From positions 366,048,001-366,112,000 of the forward strand of contig OZ024742.1 of NCBI GenBank assembly GCA_964016885.1: a stretch of DNA of 64,000 bases. Direction: 5' to 3'. Every line of letters starts with the position of its first letter. Position 1 is the stretch's first letter. Source of the DNA: Eledone cirrhosa (lineage: Eukaryota). The translations under genes and the position numbers were made by a program. Positions 22,636-36,329 of this stretch are shown here, in pieces. The notes below the pieces were generated by a model. It was not told the DNA's origin. It searched no databases and was given only the letters and a program-made list of their open reading frames with translations.

Positions 22636-23936
22636 CATATATATTTAGTGCTGAAAATTATAAGATGAGTAAAAAATACATAGAAGATTAACATAAATAT
22701 TTTTTGCAACCTTTCTCTTTAACTATGTCTTGGGCTCTTAAGAGTTTTCATAAACCGTCGAGTCTTTCAGGTTATGTAGTACTTTAGTGATCCACTGAAT
22801 CTGTCTCCATAAACATATTTATTGGTTGTTTTCTAGAATCAAGTCGTTGCACTCTGTCATACATTACGACTAAAAACTAAAAGAATTAGCTGAGTTCTTA
22901 GGTCGTTGCATTAAATGCTTCTATGTTTGACCAACTCACAGCACTCCGAGTTCGACCGTAGCCGTGCACGAATTTGCTTTTCGTCATTTCTAGGCAGATA
23001 AAGAAAGTACCAGTCTAGTTTCAGTCTCTCTCTTTGTTACGACCTGGAAAGAGGCATGTTCCTCCAGTTTTAAAAATATCCAAGTCACACCGTGCGTCAG
23101 AACGCGACACCTACGACTTCATGTTGGGTTAAAACCTCTGAACATTTGTTTACCAATAGAAAGTTCACACCAGATGTTTTTAAACAGGATTTTCTGTCAT
23201 ATGTTTTATTTTTTATTTTTAAAATAAAGACTTTGCTTCATGTTGTCACACTGCTGAAACTGTTTGTAGTGAGGTAGTGCCCAGAACACAGCTTATTTTA
23301 CAAATTTCTTGCGCTAACTGGAAGGTAATACGTGTATAAATACAGAAATTTACAAATATTAATTCTATGAAGTTCTCTTACCGAATCACTGACTATAAGT
23401 TCTAATAATGAAGACAGTGTTAAATTATCATGCCAAGGTAATTATTCTTTGAAAATTATTTTATCAAAAGATTTAACACAATGTATTACGTCACTAGCAA
23501 ATGTTCCAATATCTGTTTCAAGATAAGATTGTCCAATAACTACTTAGTTAAGTTGCAGCTTATAAATTTAAAGTGACACTGAATTTGAAAGCTAAAGAGG
23601 GTGTGAAACAAATATTCGGTAATTTGAAGATGAATATTAACTGTTCTGAACAAAATGTTGAGGCTTAAATTTTCATTGTTGAAAGATACTGTAAATTAAA
23701 TTCCCAACGATGAAATAAAGTCCATTTGGGTGAGGGTTTAAGTTAATCCAAATAATTGTAAACATAATGGATGTAGGCGTATCCTGAGAAAACGGTAGAT
23801 GAGAGATTGTTAACTTTTTTCGGACAGAATGCCACGTCAGCCATACGGTTACCGTCAATCAATCAGAATGTATCAATATCTTTTTACAACATAAAATAAA
23901 CTGGGTTTTATTCACTGTTGTATAAAAAGAGATTTA

Positions 23937-24127
23937 ATAATTGTTTCTACTTTTGGCACAAGGCCAGCAATTACCTCAGTGCATTACTGGTACTTTATTT
24001 TATCGACCCCGTAAGGATGAAAGGCAAAGTTAACCTAGGCGGGATTTGAACTCAGATCGTAAAGGGGCGTAACTATGCTAGAAAGCATGTCCGACCCTCC
24101 ACCGATACTGCCAATACACCGCCCTTA
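23937..24127 (-). mobile_element. tRNA-derived SINE, family A
   Basis: Reverse complement of 53038-53228 (B box GAGTTCAAATCCCGCC, core ACTTTGCCTTTCATCCTTACGGGGT). Confidence 0.85.
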
Positions 24128-24149
24128 AGGAGATTTAATAATACAATGC

Positions 24150-24445
24150 TTACAGAACGAAAGCACAAACAAATGTAATATAAAGGGAAGGGAGAGGAAA
24201 AACAGAAAAAAAGGAAAGGAAAAGAAAGAGAAAAAAAAAAACATCTGGGACCACATACAAGAAAAGGCAGGCGAAAGGGGTGGACAACCGAGCCGCTACC
24301 AGAGTAAAATATGTCACGAGCAGCACTGGGATACCTCTCTCATGATATTTGTGGCAAGCCAGCACGCTCGCAGCGTTACCTCGGGTGATGACGAGGCTGA
24401 GGTGTTGGAACCACGCACCCTCACGAGCTTCACTAGTTACCTCTG
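24150..24445 (-). mobile_element. 3' fragment of a CRE-clade (restriction-like endonuclease) non-LTR retrotransposon
   Basis: Peptide EAREGAWFQHLSLVITRGNAASVLAC resembles the CRE C-terminal RE..F.QRLS..IQRGNA motif, followed by a pyrimidine-rich 3' region. Confidence 0.6.
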
Positions 24446-24728
24446 GTTTTCCAGTCGCGACCATAATAAAGTCGTGTTGTCCTTGAGCAAGACACTTTAT
24501 CTCACGTTGAGCCCACATAGCTGGCAATCATAGGTTGTACCTCTAATTCAAAGAGTCACCCATGTCAAGCTGAATCTTCCCCTATAAACTGTGAAGTGAC
24601 ACGTGTCTGTGGCGTGCTCAGGCACCTATCGTTAATTTCATGAATGTATTGTTTCATTGAACAAATACAAACATCCGTAGTCAGAACCTACGGAGCTCCA
24701 TGTTTCTACCATTTGCTAATAGATTGTA

Positions 24729-27700
24729 CCACCAGGTCAGTCAACCACACACCACCACCAGGTCAGTCAACCACACACCACCACCAGGTCAGTCAACCAC
24801 ACACCACCACCAGGTCAGTCAACCACACACCACCACCAGGTCAGTCAACCACACACCACCACCAGGTCAGTCAACCACACACCACCACCAGGTCAGTCAA
24901 CCACACACCACCACCAGGTCAGTCAACCACACACCACCACCAGGTCAGTCAACCACACACCACCACCAGGTCAGTCAACCACACACCACCACCAGGTCAG
25001 TCAACCACACACCAACACCACCACCAGGTCAGTCAACTACACACCACCACCAGGTCAGTCAACCACACACCACCACCACCACCAGGTCAGTCAACCACAC
25101 ACCACCACCAGGTCAGTCAACCACACACCACCACCAGGTCAGTCAACTACACACCACCACCACCACCAGGTCAGTCAACCACATACACACCACCACCACC
25201 AGGTCAGTCAACCACATACACACCACCACCACCAACAAGTCAGTCAACCACACACACCACCACCAACAGGTCAGTCAGCTACACACCACCACCACCAGGT
25301 CTGTCAACCACACACACACCACCACCACCAGGTCAGTCAACCACACACACACCACCACCACGACCAGGTCAGTCAGGTACACACACCACCACCACTACCA
25401 CCAGGTCAGTCAACCACACACACACCACCACTACCAGGTCAGTCAACCACACACCACCACCACCACCAGGTCAGTCAACCACACACACACCACCACCACC
25501 ACTACCAGGTCAGTCAACCACACACACACCACCACCAGGTCAGTCAGGTACACACACCACCGACACCACCACCACCAGGTCAGTCAACCACACACCACCA
25601 CCACCACCACCACCAGGTCAGTCAGCTACACACACACCACCACCACAACCACCACCACCAGGTCAGTCAACCACACACCACCACCAGGTCAGTCAACCAC
25701 ACACACACCACCACCACCGCCATGTCAGTCAACAACACACCACCACCACTTCCAGGTCAGTCAACCACACACACACCACCACCACCGCCATGTCAGTCAA
25801 CCACACACCACCACCACCACCACCAGGTCAGTCAGCTACACACCACCACCACCAGGTCAGTCAGCTACACACCACCACAACCACCAGGTCAGTCAACCAC
25901 ACACACACCACCACAACCACCAGGTCAGTCAACCACACACACACCACCACCACCACGAGGTCAGTCAACCACACACACACCACCACCACCACCACCAGGT
26001 CAGTCAACCACACACACACCACCAGGTCAGTCAGGTACACACCACCACCACCACCACCAGGTCAGTCAGCTACACACCACCACCACCACCAGGTCAGTCA
26101 ACCACACACACACCGCCACCACCACGAGGTCAGTCAACCACACACACACCACCACCACCAGGTCAGTCAACCACACACCACCACCACCACCAGGTCAGTC
26201 AACCACACACCACCACCACCACCAGGTCAGTCAACCACACACCACCACCACCACCAGGTCAGTCAACCACACACCACCACCACCACCAGGTCAGTCAACC
26301 ACACACCACCACCAGGTCAGTCAACCACACACACACCACCACCACCAGGTCAGTCAACCACACACCACCACCACCACCAGGTCAGTCAACCACACACACG
26401 CCACCACCACCAGGTCAGTCAACCACACACACGCCACCACCACCAGGTCAGTCAACCACACACCACCACCACCACCAGGTCAGTCAACCACACACCACCA
26501 CCAGGTCAGTCAACCATACACACGCCACCACCACCAGGTCAGTCAACCACACACACGCCACCACCACCAGGTCAGTCAACCACACACCACCACCACCACC
26601 ACCAGGTCAGTCAACCACACACCACCACCACCACCAGGTCAGTCAACCACACACACGCCACCACCACCAGGTCAGTCAACCACACACACACACCACCACC
26701 ACCAGGTCAGTCAACCACACACACGCCACCACCACCACCAGGTCAGTCAACCACACACCACCACCACCACCAGGTCAGTCAACCACACACACACACCACC
26801 ACCACCAGGTCAGTCAACCACACACCACCACCACCACCAGGTCAGTCAACCACACACACACACCACCACCACCAGGTCAGTCAACCACACACACGCCACC
26901 ACCACCAGGTCAGTCAACCACACACACGCCACCACCACCACCAGGTCAGTCAACCACACACCACCACCACCACCAGGTCAGTCAACCACACACACACCAC
27001 CACCACCAGGTCAGTCAACCACACACACACACCACCACCACCAGGTCAGTCAACCACACACACGCCACCACCACCACCAGGTCAGTCAACCCCACACCAC
27101 CACCACCACCAGGTCAGTCAACCACACACACGCCACCACCACCACCAGGTCAGTCAACCACACACACACACCACCACCACCAGGTCAGTCAACCACACAC
27201 ACACCACCACCACCAGGTCAGTCAACCACACACACACACCACCACCACCAGGTCAGTCAACCACACACACACCACCACCACCAGGTCAGTCAACCACACA
27301 CACACACCACCACCACCAGGTCAGTCAACCACACACACACCACCACCACCAGGTCAGTCAACCACACACCACCACCACCACCACCACCAGGTCAGTCAAC
27401 CACACACCACCACCACCAGGTCAGTCAACCACACACACGCCACCACCACCAGGTCAGTCAACCACACACCACCACCACCACCACCAGGTCAGTCAACCAC
27501 ACACCACCACCACCACCAGGTCAGTCAACCACACACCACCACCACCACCACCAGGTCAGTCAACCACACACCACCACCACCACCACCAGGTCAGTCAACC
27601 ACACACCACCACCACCACCAGGTCAGTCAACCACACACCACCACCACCACCACCAGGTCAGTCAACCACACACCACCACCACCACCAGGTCAGTCAACCA

Positions 27701-30700
27701 CACACCACCACCACCACCAGGTCAGTCAACCACACACCACCACCACCACCACCACCAGGTCAGTCAACCACACACCACCACCACCACCACCAGGTCAGTC
27801 AACCACACACCACCACCACCACCACCAGGTCAGTCAACCACACTCCACCACCACCACCACCAGGTCAGTCAACCACACACCACCACCACCACCACCAGGT
27901 CAGTCAACCACACACCACCACCACCACCACCAGGTCAGTCAACCACACACCACCACCACCACCAGGTCAGTCAACCACACACCACCACCACCACCACCAG
28001 GTCAGTCAACCACACTCCACCACCACCACCAGGTCAGTCAACCACACACCACCACCACCACCACCAGGTCAGTCAACCACACACACCACCACCACCACCA
28101 GGTCAGTCAACCACACACACCACCACCACCACCAGGTCAGTCAACCACACACCACCACCACCACCAGGTCAGTCAACCACACACCACCACCACCACCACC
28201 AGGTCAGTCAACCACACACCACCACCACCACCACCACCAGGTCAGTCAACCACACACACCACCACCACCACCAGGTCAGTCAACCACACACCACCACCAC
28301 CACCAGGTCAGTCAACCACACTCCACCACCACCACCACCAGGTCAGTCAACCACACACCACCACCACCACCAGGTCAGTCAACCACACACCACCACCACC
28401 ACCACCAGGTCAGTCAACCACACACCACCACCACCACCACCACCAGGTCAGTCAACCACACACCACCACCACCAGGTCAGTCAACCACACACCACCACCA
28501 CCACCAGGTCAGTCAACCACACACCACCACCACCACCAGGTCAGTCAACCACACACCACCACCACCACCACCAGGTCAGTCAACCACACACCACCACCAC
28601 TTCCAGGTCAGTCAACCACACACCACCACCACCACCAGGTCAGTCAACCACACACCACCACCACCACCAGGTCAGTCAACCACACACCACCACCACCACC
28701 AGGTCAGTCAACCACACACCACCACCACCACCAGGTCAGTCAACCACACACCACCACCACCACCACCACCAGGTCAGTCAACCACACACCACCACCACCA
28801 CCACCAGGTCAGTCAACCACACACCACCACCACCACCACCACCACCAGGTCAGTCAACCACACACCACCACCACCACCACCACCAGGTCAGTCAACCACA
28901 CACCACCACCACCACCACCAGGTCAGTCAACCACACACCACCACCACCACCACCACCAGGTCAGTCAACCACACACCACCACCACCACCACCAGGTCAGT
29001 CAACCACACACCACCGCCACCACCACCACCACCAGGTCAGTCAACCACACACCACCACCACCACCACCACCAGGTCAGTCAACCACACACCACCACCACC
29101 AGGTCAGTCAACCACACACCACCACCACCACCACCAGGTCAGTCAACCACACACCACCACCACCACCACCAGGTCAGTCAACCACACACCACCACCACCA
29201 CCACCAGGTCAGTCAACCACACACCACCACCACCACCACCAGGTCAGTCAACCACACACCACCACCACCACCACCAGGTCAGTCAACCACACACCACCAC
29301 CACCACCAGGTCAGTCAACCACACACCACCACCACCACCACCACCACCAGGTCAGTCAACCACACACCACCACCACCACCACCAGGTCAGTCAACCACAC
29401 ACCACCACCACCACCACCACCAGGTCAGTCAACCACACACCACCACCACCACCACCAGGTCAGTCAACCACACACCACCACCACCACCACCACCACCAGG
29501 TCAGTCAACCACACACCACCACCACCACCACCACCAGGTCAGTCAACCACACACCACCACCACCACCACCACCACCAGGTCAGTCAACCACACACCACCA
29601 CCACCACCACCAGGTCAGTCAACCACACACACCACCACCACCACCAGGTCAGTCAACCACACACCACCACCACCACCACCACCACCAGGTCAGTCAACCA
29701 CACACCACCACCACCACCACCACCAGGTCAGTCAACCACACACACACCACCACCACCAGGTCAGTCAACCACACACCACCACCACCACCACCACCAGGTC
29801 AGTCAACCACACACACCACCACCACCACCAGGTCAGTCAACCACACACCACCACCACCACCACCAGGTCAGTCAACCACACACCACCACCACCACCAGGT
29901 CAGTCAACCACACACCACCACCACCACCAGGTCAGTCAACCACACACCACCACCACCACCACCAGGTCAGTCAACCACACACCACCACCACCACCAGGTC
30001 AGTCAACCACACACCACCACCACCACCAGGTCAGTCAACCACACACCACCGCCACCACCACCAGGTCAGTCAACCACACACACCACCACCACCACCAGGT
30101 CAGTCAACCACACACACCACCACCACCACCAGGTCAGTCAACCACACACACCACCACCACCACCAGGTCAGTCAACCACACACACCACCACCACCACCAG
30201 GTCAGTCAACCACACACCACCACCAGGTCAGTCAACCACACACCACCACCACCACCAGGTCAGTCAACCACACACCACCACCACCACCACCAGGTCAGTC
30301 AACCACACACCACCACCACCACCACCAGGTCAGTCAACCACACACCACCACCACCACCACCAGGTCAGTCAACCACACACCACCACCACCACCACCAGGT
30401 CAGTCAACCACACACCACCACCACCACCAAGTCAGTCAACCACACACCACCGCCACCACCACCAGGTCAGTCAACCACACACACACACCACCACCACCAG
30501 GTCAGTCAACCACACACCACCGCCACCACCACCAGGTCAGTGAACCACACACCACCACCACCACCACCACCAGGTCAGTCAACCACACACACCACCACCA
30601 CCACCAGGTCAGTCAACCACACACCACCACCACCACCACCAGGTCAGTCAACCACACACGCCACCACCACCAGGTCAGTCAACCACACACCACCACCACC

Positions 30701-32665
30701 ACCACCAGGTCAGTCAACCACACACCACCACCACCACCAGGTCAGTCAACCACACACCACCACCACCACCACCAGGTCAGTCAACCACACACCACCACCA
30801 CCACCACCAGGTCAGTCAACCACACACCACCACCACCACCAGGTCAGTCAACCACACACCACCACCACCACCACCAGGTCAGTCAACCACACACCACCAC
30901 CACCACCACCACCAGGTCAGTCAACCACACACACCACCACCACCACCAGGTCAGTCAACCAGACACCACCACCACCACCACCAGGTCAGTCAACCACACA
31001 CCACCACCACCACCAGGTCAGTCAACCACACACCACCGCCACCACCACCAGGTCAGTCAACCACACACCACCACCACCACCAGGTCAGTCAACCACACAC
31101 CACCACCACCACCACCAGGTCAGTCAACCACACACCACCACCACCACCACCAGGTCAGTCAACCACACACCACCACCACCACCACCAGGTCAGTCAACCA
31201 CACACCACCACCACCACCAGGTCAGTCAACCACACACCACCACCACCACCAGGTCAGTCAACCACACACCACCACCACCACCACCAGGTCAGTCAACCAC
31301 ACACCACCACCACCAGGTCAGTCAACCACACACACCACCACCACCACCAGGTCAGTCAACCACACACACCACCACCACCAGGTCAGTCAAGCACACACCA
31401 CCACCAGGTCAGTCAACCACACACCACCACCACCACCAGGTCAGTCAACCACACACCACCACCACCACCAGGTCAGTCAACCACACACCACCACCACCAC
31501 CACCAGGTCAGTCAACCACACACACCACCACCACCAGGTCAGTCAACCACACACCACCACCACCACCAGGTCAGTCAACCACACACCACCGCCACCACCA
31601 CCACCAGGTCAGTCAACCACACGCACACCACCACTACCAGGTCAGTCAACCACACACCACCACCACCACCACCAGGTCAGTCAACCACACACCACCGCCA
31701 GGTCAGTCAACCACACACCACCACCACCACCACCAGGTCAGTCAACCACACACCACCACCAGGTCAGTCAACCACACACCACCACCACCACCACCACCAG
31801 GTCAGTCAACCACACACCACCGCCACCACCACCACCAGGTCAGTCAACCACACTCCACCACCAGGTCAGTCAACCACACACCACCGCCACCACCACCACC
31901 ACCAGGTCAGTCAACCACACACCACCACCACCAGGTCAGTCAACCACACACACCACCACCACCACCAGGTCAGTCAACCACACACCACCACCAGGTCAGT
32001 CAACCACACTCCACCACCACCACCACCACCAGGTCAGTCAACCACACTCCACCACCAGGTCAGTCAACCACACACACGCCACCACCACCAGGTCAGTCAA
32101 CCACACTCCACCACCCCAACAACCAGGTCAGTCAACCACACACTCCACCACCAGGTCAGTCAACCACACACCACCACCACCACCACCAGGTCAGTCAACC
32201 ACACACCACCACCACCACCACCACCAGGTCAGTCAACCACACACCACCACCACCACCAGGTCAGTCAACCACACACCACCACCACCACCAGGTCAGTCAA
32301 CCACACACACCACCACCACCACCACCAGGTCAGTCAACCACACTCCACCACCACCACCAGGTCAGTCAACCACACACCACCACCACCACCACCACCAGGT
32401 CAGTCAACCACACACCACCACCACCACCACCACCAGGTCAGTCAACCACACACCACCACCACCACCACCACCAGGTCAGTCAACCACACACACCACCACC
32501 ACCACCACCACCAGGTCAGTCAACCACACACCACCACCACCACCACCACCAGGTCAGTCAACCACACACACCACCACCACCACCACCACCAGGTCAGTCA
32601 ACCACACACCACCACCACCACCACCAGGTCAGTCAACCACACACCACCACCACCACCACCACCAT
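24729..32665. repeat. ~7.9-kb minisatellite AGGTCAGTCAACCAC(AC)n(ACC)n
   Basis: Near-invariant AGGTCAGTCAACC spacer between variable CA and CCA runs. It explains the three His/Thr/Pro ORFs. Confidence 0.98.
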
Positions 32666-32769
32666 CGTTCACTGGAGCATATGCAGATATTCAGTGAGTT
32701 GTGTGACTTTTCCATTCACCATTCATCTGTGACATCATAATGGGACATGACAACTTGGGGAGGGGGGGC

Positions 32770-33150
32770 GCAGACAGAGGGGAGAGGGTGAGAGACAGAT
32801 AGAGGGGAGAGGGTGAGAGGTTGATAGATGGGAGAGGGTGAGAGGTAAATAGAGAGAGGGGAGAGGGCGAGAGGTAGATGGGTAGAGAGAGAGGGGAGAG
32901 GGTGAGGGGTAGATAGAGAGGGGAGAGGTAGAGGGGTAGATAGAGAGAGGGAGAGGGTGAGAGCTAAATAGAGAAGGGTGAGAGGTAGATAGAGAGAGGG
33001 GAGAGGGTGAGAGGTAGATAGAGAGAGGGAGAGAGGGGAAAGGGTGAGAGGTAGATAGAGGGGAGAGGGTGAGATACAGAGGGGTAGATAGAAAGAGGGT
33101 GAGATACAGAGGGGTAGATAGAGAGATAGAGAGATAGAGAGAGGGAGACA
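32770..33150. repeat. Polypurine low-complexity repeat (GAGAGGGTGAGAGGTAGATA-like)
   Basis: Direct reading. Confidence 0.9.
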
Positions 33151-33394
33151 ACAGCCAAAATAGAACAGTTAAGAGATTTAAATTGTCAGGATTTCAGATT
33201 AACATTGTTGTAGACTGACATGGTGACACAGAACATGTTAGACACCACACCCATACACACCACCAGCTTTGCACTCACATACACACCTTTACACAGGTCC
33301 AAGCACTCACTCACACAGACATATGCACACAACACTCACACATCTTCACATATATGAGTACACACACATACTCAGATACATACACACATCTCCA

Positions 33395-33661
33395 TTGATT
33401 TCTACAGCTGGATGCCCTTCCTAACACCAACCTCATTTACAGTGAGTACTGGGTGCCTTTTTGCCGTGGCACCTCCACGACCACTTTGCAGTGGAATAGG
33501 GACCCCAGTCCCTATCATCTCATTTCTACAGCTGAGTAAACTGGAGCAATGTGAAATAAAGTGTCTTGCTCAAGGAAACAACACATCATCCGGTCTGAGA
33601 ATTGAACTCACAACCTTTCGATTGCAAAGCCAATGCTCTAACCACTAAGCCATGTGCCTCC
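33395..33661 (-). mobile_element. tRNA-derived SINE, family B
   Basis: Near-identical reverse complement of 62026-62285. Confidence 0.9.
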
Positions 33662-33766
33662 ATATACATACACACATCTCCACATGAGCACACACATACA
33701 TACTCAGGTATACACACACATCTCTGCATGAGCACATACACACATACTCATATACATACATTACGC

Positions 33767-33980
33767 AGTAATACAGAAGACCCGCCTTGCCTAAGTACAA
33801 AGCGAAACCTAGTCAGTAGGCACCTCTTACCAAAATACACCCCCGTCCCATAACCCCACCCCTTTCAATGTAAAGCTATGTTGGTACCACAACATCCAGT
33901 CCTAAACAAATGCGGTCGTGTAGGTGTCACAACAAAAAAACACAGTCCACGTTGTAATGTGGCCGTGTAGGTAACACATG
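33767..33980 (+). mobile_element. RTE LINE 3'-UTR fragment
   Basis: Matches 51869-52105 (GAAGACCCGCCTT.CCTAA.TACAAAG...CCCCTTTCAATGTAAAG). Confidence 0.75.
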
Positions 33981-34640
33981 GTGGTTATTTAACAATTTCC
34001 CACCTCTCCACACAACTCTGTATTTTCATTGAGGTCTTTTGGGTAGCATGGACTGTTTAGCAGAGAACAGATAAGGTTGTTGTGTTCCATAGTCTGGTTT
34101 GCTTCTTCACACTCGCAAGTGTCAGTCATGTAACCTCATTTGACCAAAGCTGCTTTTGGTCCCCTTGTTCTGATTCTCAGGAGATTGAGTGCTTTCCACT
34201 GATCCCACATTCTATGTCAAGAGGGATGTATTCAAAAGGTATTTTCATGTCAGTTGTTCTCAAGCCCTTAACCCATAAGAGGAGCCTGGTCTCCTCTCAA
34301 GATGTTGGCAGGCTCTGGATGTGACTGAGGAAGTATTTCTTAATTTCAGTATGAGTCCTATTTTGATAGAATGATTATAGGGTTTGCCAAGAGTCCTATA
34401 TACCACTCACTAAACTCTATAATCACAATATCTAAACATATCCTGCAACACACGGAGGTCATATGTACTGATAAATAATAGTATAGTAGAGATGGCTTGA
34501 TGGTCGAGGCTGGATAAATATCAGATCTATTTACATGCAATAAAGAATGTATAAAGTAAATACAACTGAGATTTATAATAAATTTTAATTAAAAATATCT
34601 TCTTCCCACTCTGACTTATCATTCTCTCTTCCTCATCTTT

Positions 34641-34750
34641 TCACATTTCTCCAGACTGAGAGATGACAACTGGTAATTTAGGTTTGTTATTTGGTCCTGT
34701 TGGTACATTTTCTATTTTACGTAAAACAAGTAAGCCATCAATCACTTTAC
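34641..34750 (-). CDS. PPIH: Peptidyl-prolyl cis-trans isomerase H (cyclophilin H), last coding exon
   Basis: (G)[35 protein letters not shown] matches the PPIH C-terminus. Acceptor TTCAG; phase consistent with the preceding exon. Confidence 0.96.
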
Positions 34751-35168
34751 CTGAAATAACAATATTAACAACAATTACACATATATACATACACACACAC
34801 ACACACATGTACATACACACACACACACATGTACATACACACAGACATACATGTACATACACACACACATACATGTACATACACAGATACATTATCATCA
34901 TCACCATTTAGCATCCATTTTCCACACTAGAATGAGTTAGAAGATTTGGCCCATTGTGAGACAAACCAGGTCATGTCTTGCTCATACAGATTTTGGTTTG
35001 GTTTCTGCAGCTAGATGCCCTTCCAAATACCAACCTCATTTACAATAATGACTGGGTGTTTTTGGTCGTGACACCTACATAACCACATTCACTGTGTGTA
35101 CTGGTCACTTTTTATTGTGACACCTACACAACCACTTTACAGTGTGGACGGGACACTTTTTTGTTGTG

Positions 35169-35222
<54 letters not shown>

Positions 35223-35260
35223 GAACAAGGAAGTTTCGTTTACATATAAAAAATATTTAT

Positions 35261-35358
35261 TGCATATCAACTTGTTTCGCAGAAGATTGGCTCAAGGTGA
35301 CCCATAGGAGTTGTGGACCCAACTCCAGTATTAATCTGCTCCTCCGACTGGTGATGCA
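35261..35358 (-). ncRNA. Degenerate type I hammerhead-like motif with long stem II
   Basis: CGGAGGA-GCAGA...TCTGC-GAAAC-AA-GTT-GATATGCA. Core U4 is replaced by G and stem I is imperfect. Lies next to (TA)n. Confidence 0.4.
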
Positions 35359-35511
35359 ACAAAATATATATTTTTGTTTATATATATGCTTGTATCCCGG
35401 GTTCAATTAAGGGTAACCACAGTAAGTAAGGTACTCAATACATAGCAGAGTATAAATGTTTAATATAGAAATGGCTCCTAGGGGACTACAATTGTTTCAT
35501 TCGAATGTATA

Positions 35512-35727
35512 TAATTATTTCTACTTTTGGCATAAGGCTGGAAATTTGAAGAGAAGGGGAAAGTCGATAAAATCAACCTCTGTGCATAACTGGTCCTTTA
35601 TCAAACCTATAAGACTGAAAGACAAAGCTAACCTCAGCAGGATTTGAACTCGGAATATATAGGGACTGAAACCATATGCCGCAAAGCATGTTGTACAGCA
35701 CTCTATCAAATTCCTAATCCCTGCCCT
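35512..35727 (-). mobile_element. tRNA-derived SINE, family A-related (diverged)
   Basis: B box GAGTTCAAATCCTGCTGAGGTTAGCTTTG and tail TGCCAAAAGTAGAAATAATTA on the minus strand. Confidence 0.7.
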
Positions 35728-36329
35728 TATATATATATATATATATATTTATAAATTAAAGTATAGAAATTGTTGTGAGCGTGAAGCCAACAGTATTTCA
35801 TAATATATATATATATATATATACATATATGTATATATGTATATATATTTATATATTTTATATATATATACACAATGTGGGCTGGGTACTTTTTGTTATG
35901 TTACCTATAAGACGACTTTATGAGCAAGAAATGGTCATCGGAACGTGGTTTGTCTCACAACAGAGCAACTCGTTTAAAAAAGGCTAGCATGGAAAATTGG
36001 AGGTTAAACTATGATGATGATGTTTTATATATACACACACACACACACACATATATATATATGTGTGTGTGTGTGTGTAATTAAAATAATAAAGGGTTAA
36101 AAAACATGTTTACAGTACACAGTGTTAAAATATGATTGTGATGACAATGATGTTGACATTGTAAAAATATTTTAACCTAAATAATTTAATTTCCTTTTTA
36201 AACCTTATTCATTGTCACAACCATCAGTTTCCAACATCACTACCACCACTGCCTCTACTGCCAGCACCACCTCTACCACCACCACCACCATCATCATCAT
36301 TACCACATCATTCAGCATTGCTGAAGCTA

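Noticed and set aside
24644-32740. 1947-2698 aa His/Thr/Pro ORFs
   Set aside because: All three frames give the same permuted peptides because the repeat lacks stops. Unit lengths ignore frame and there is no signal peptide or domain.
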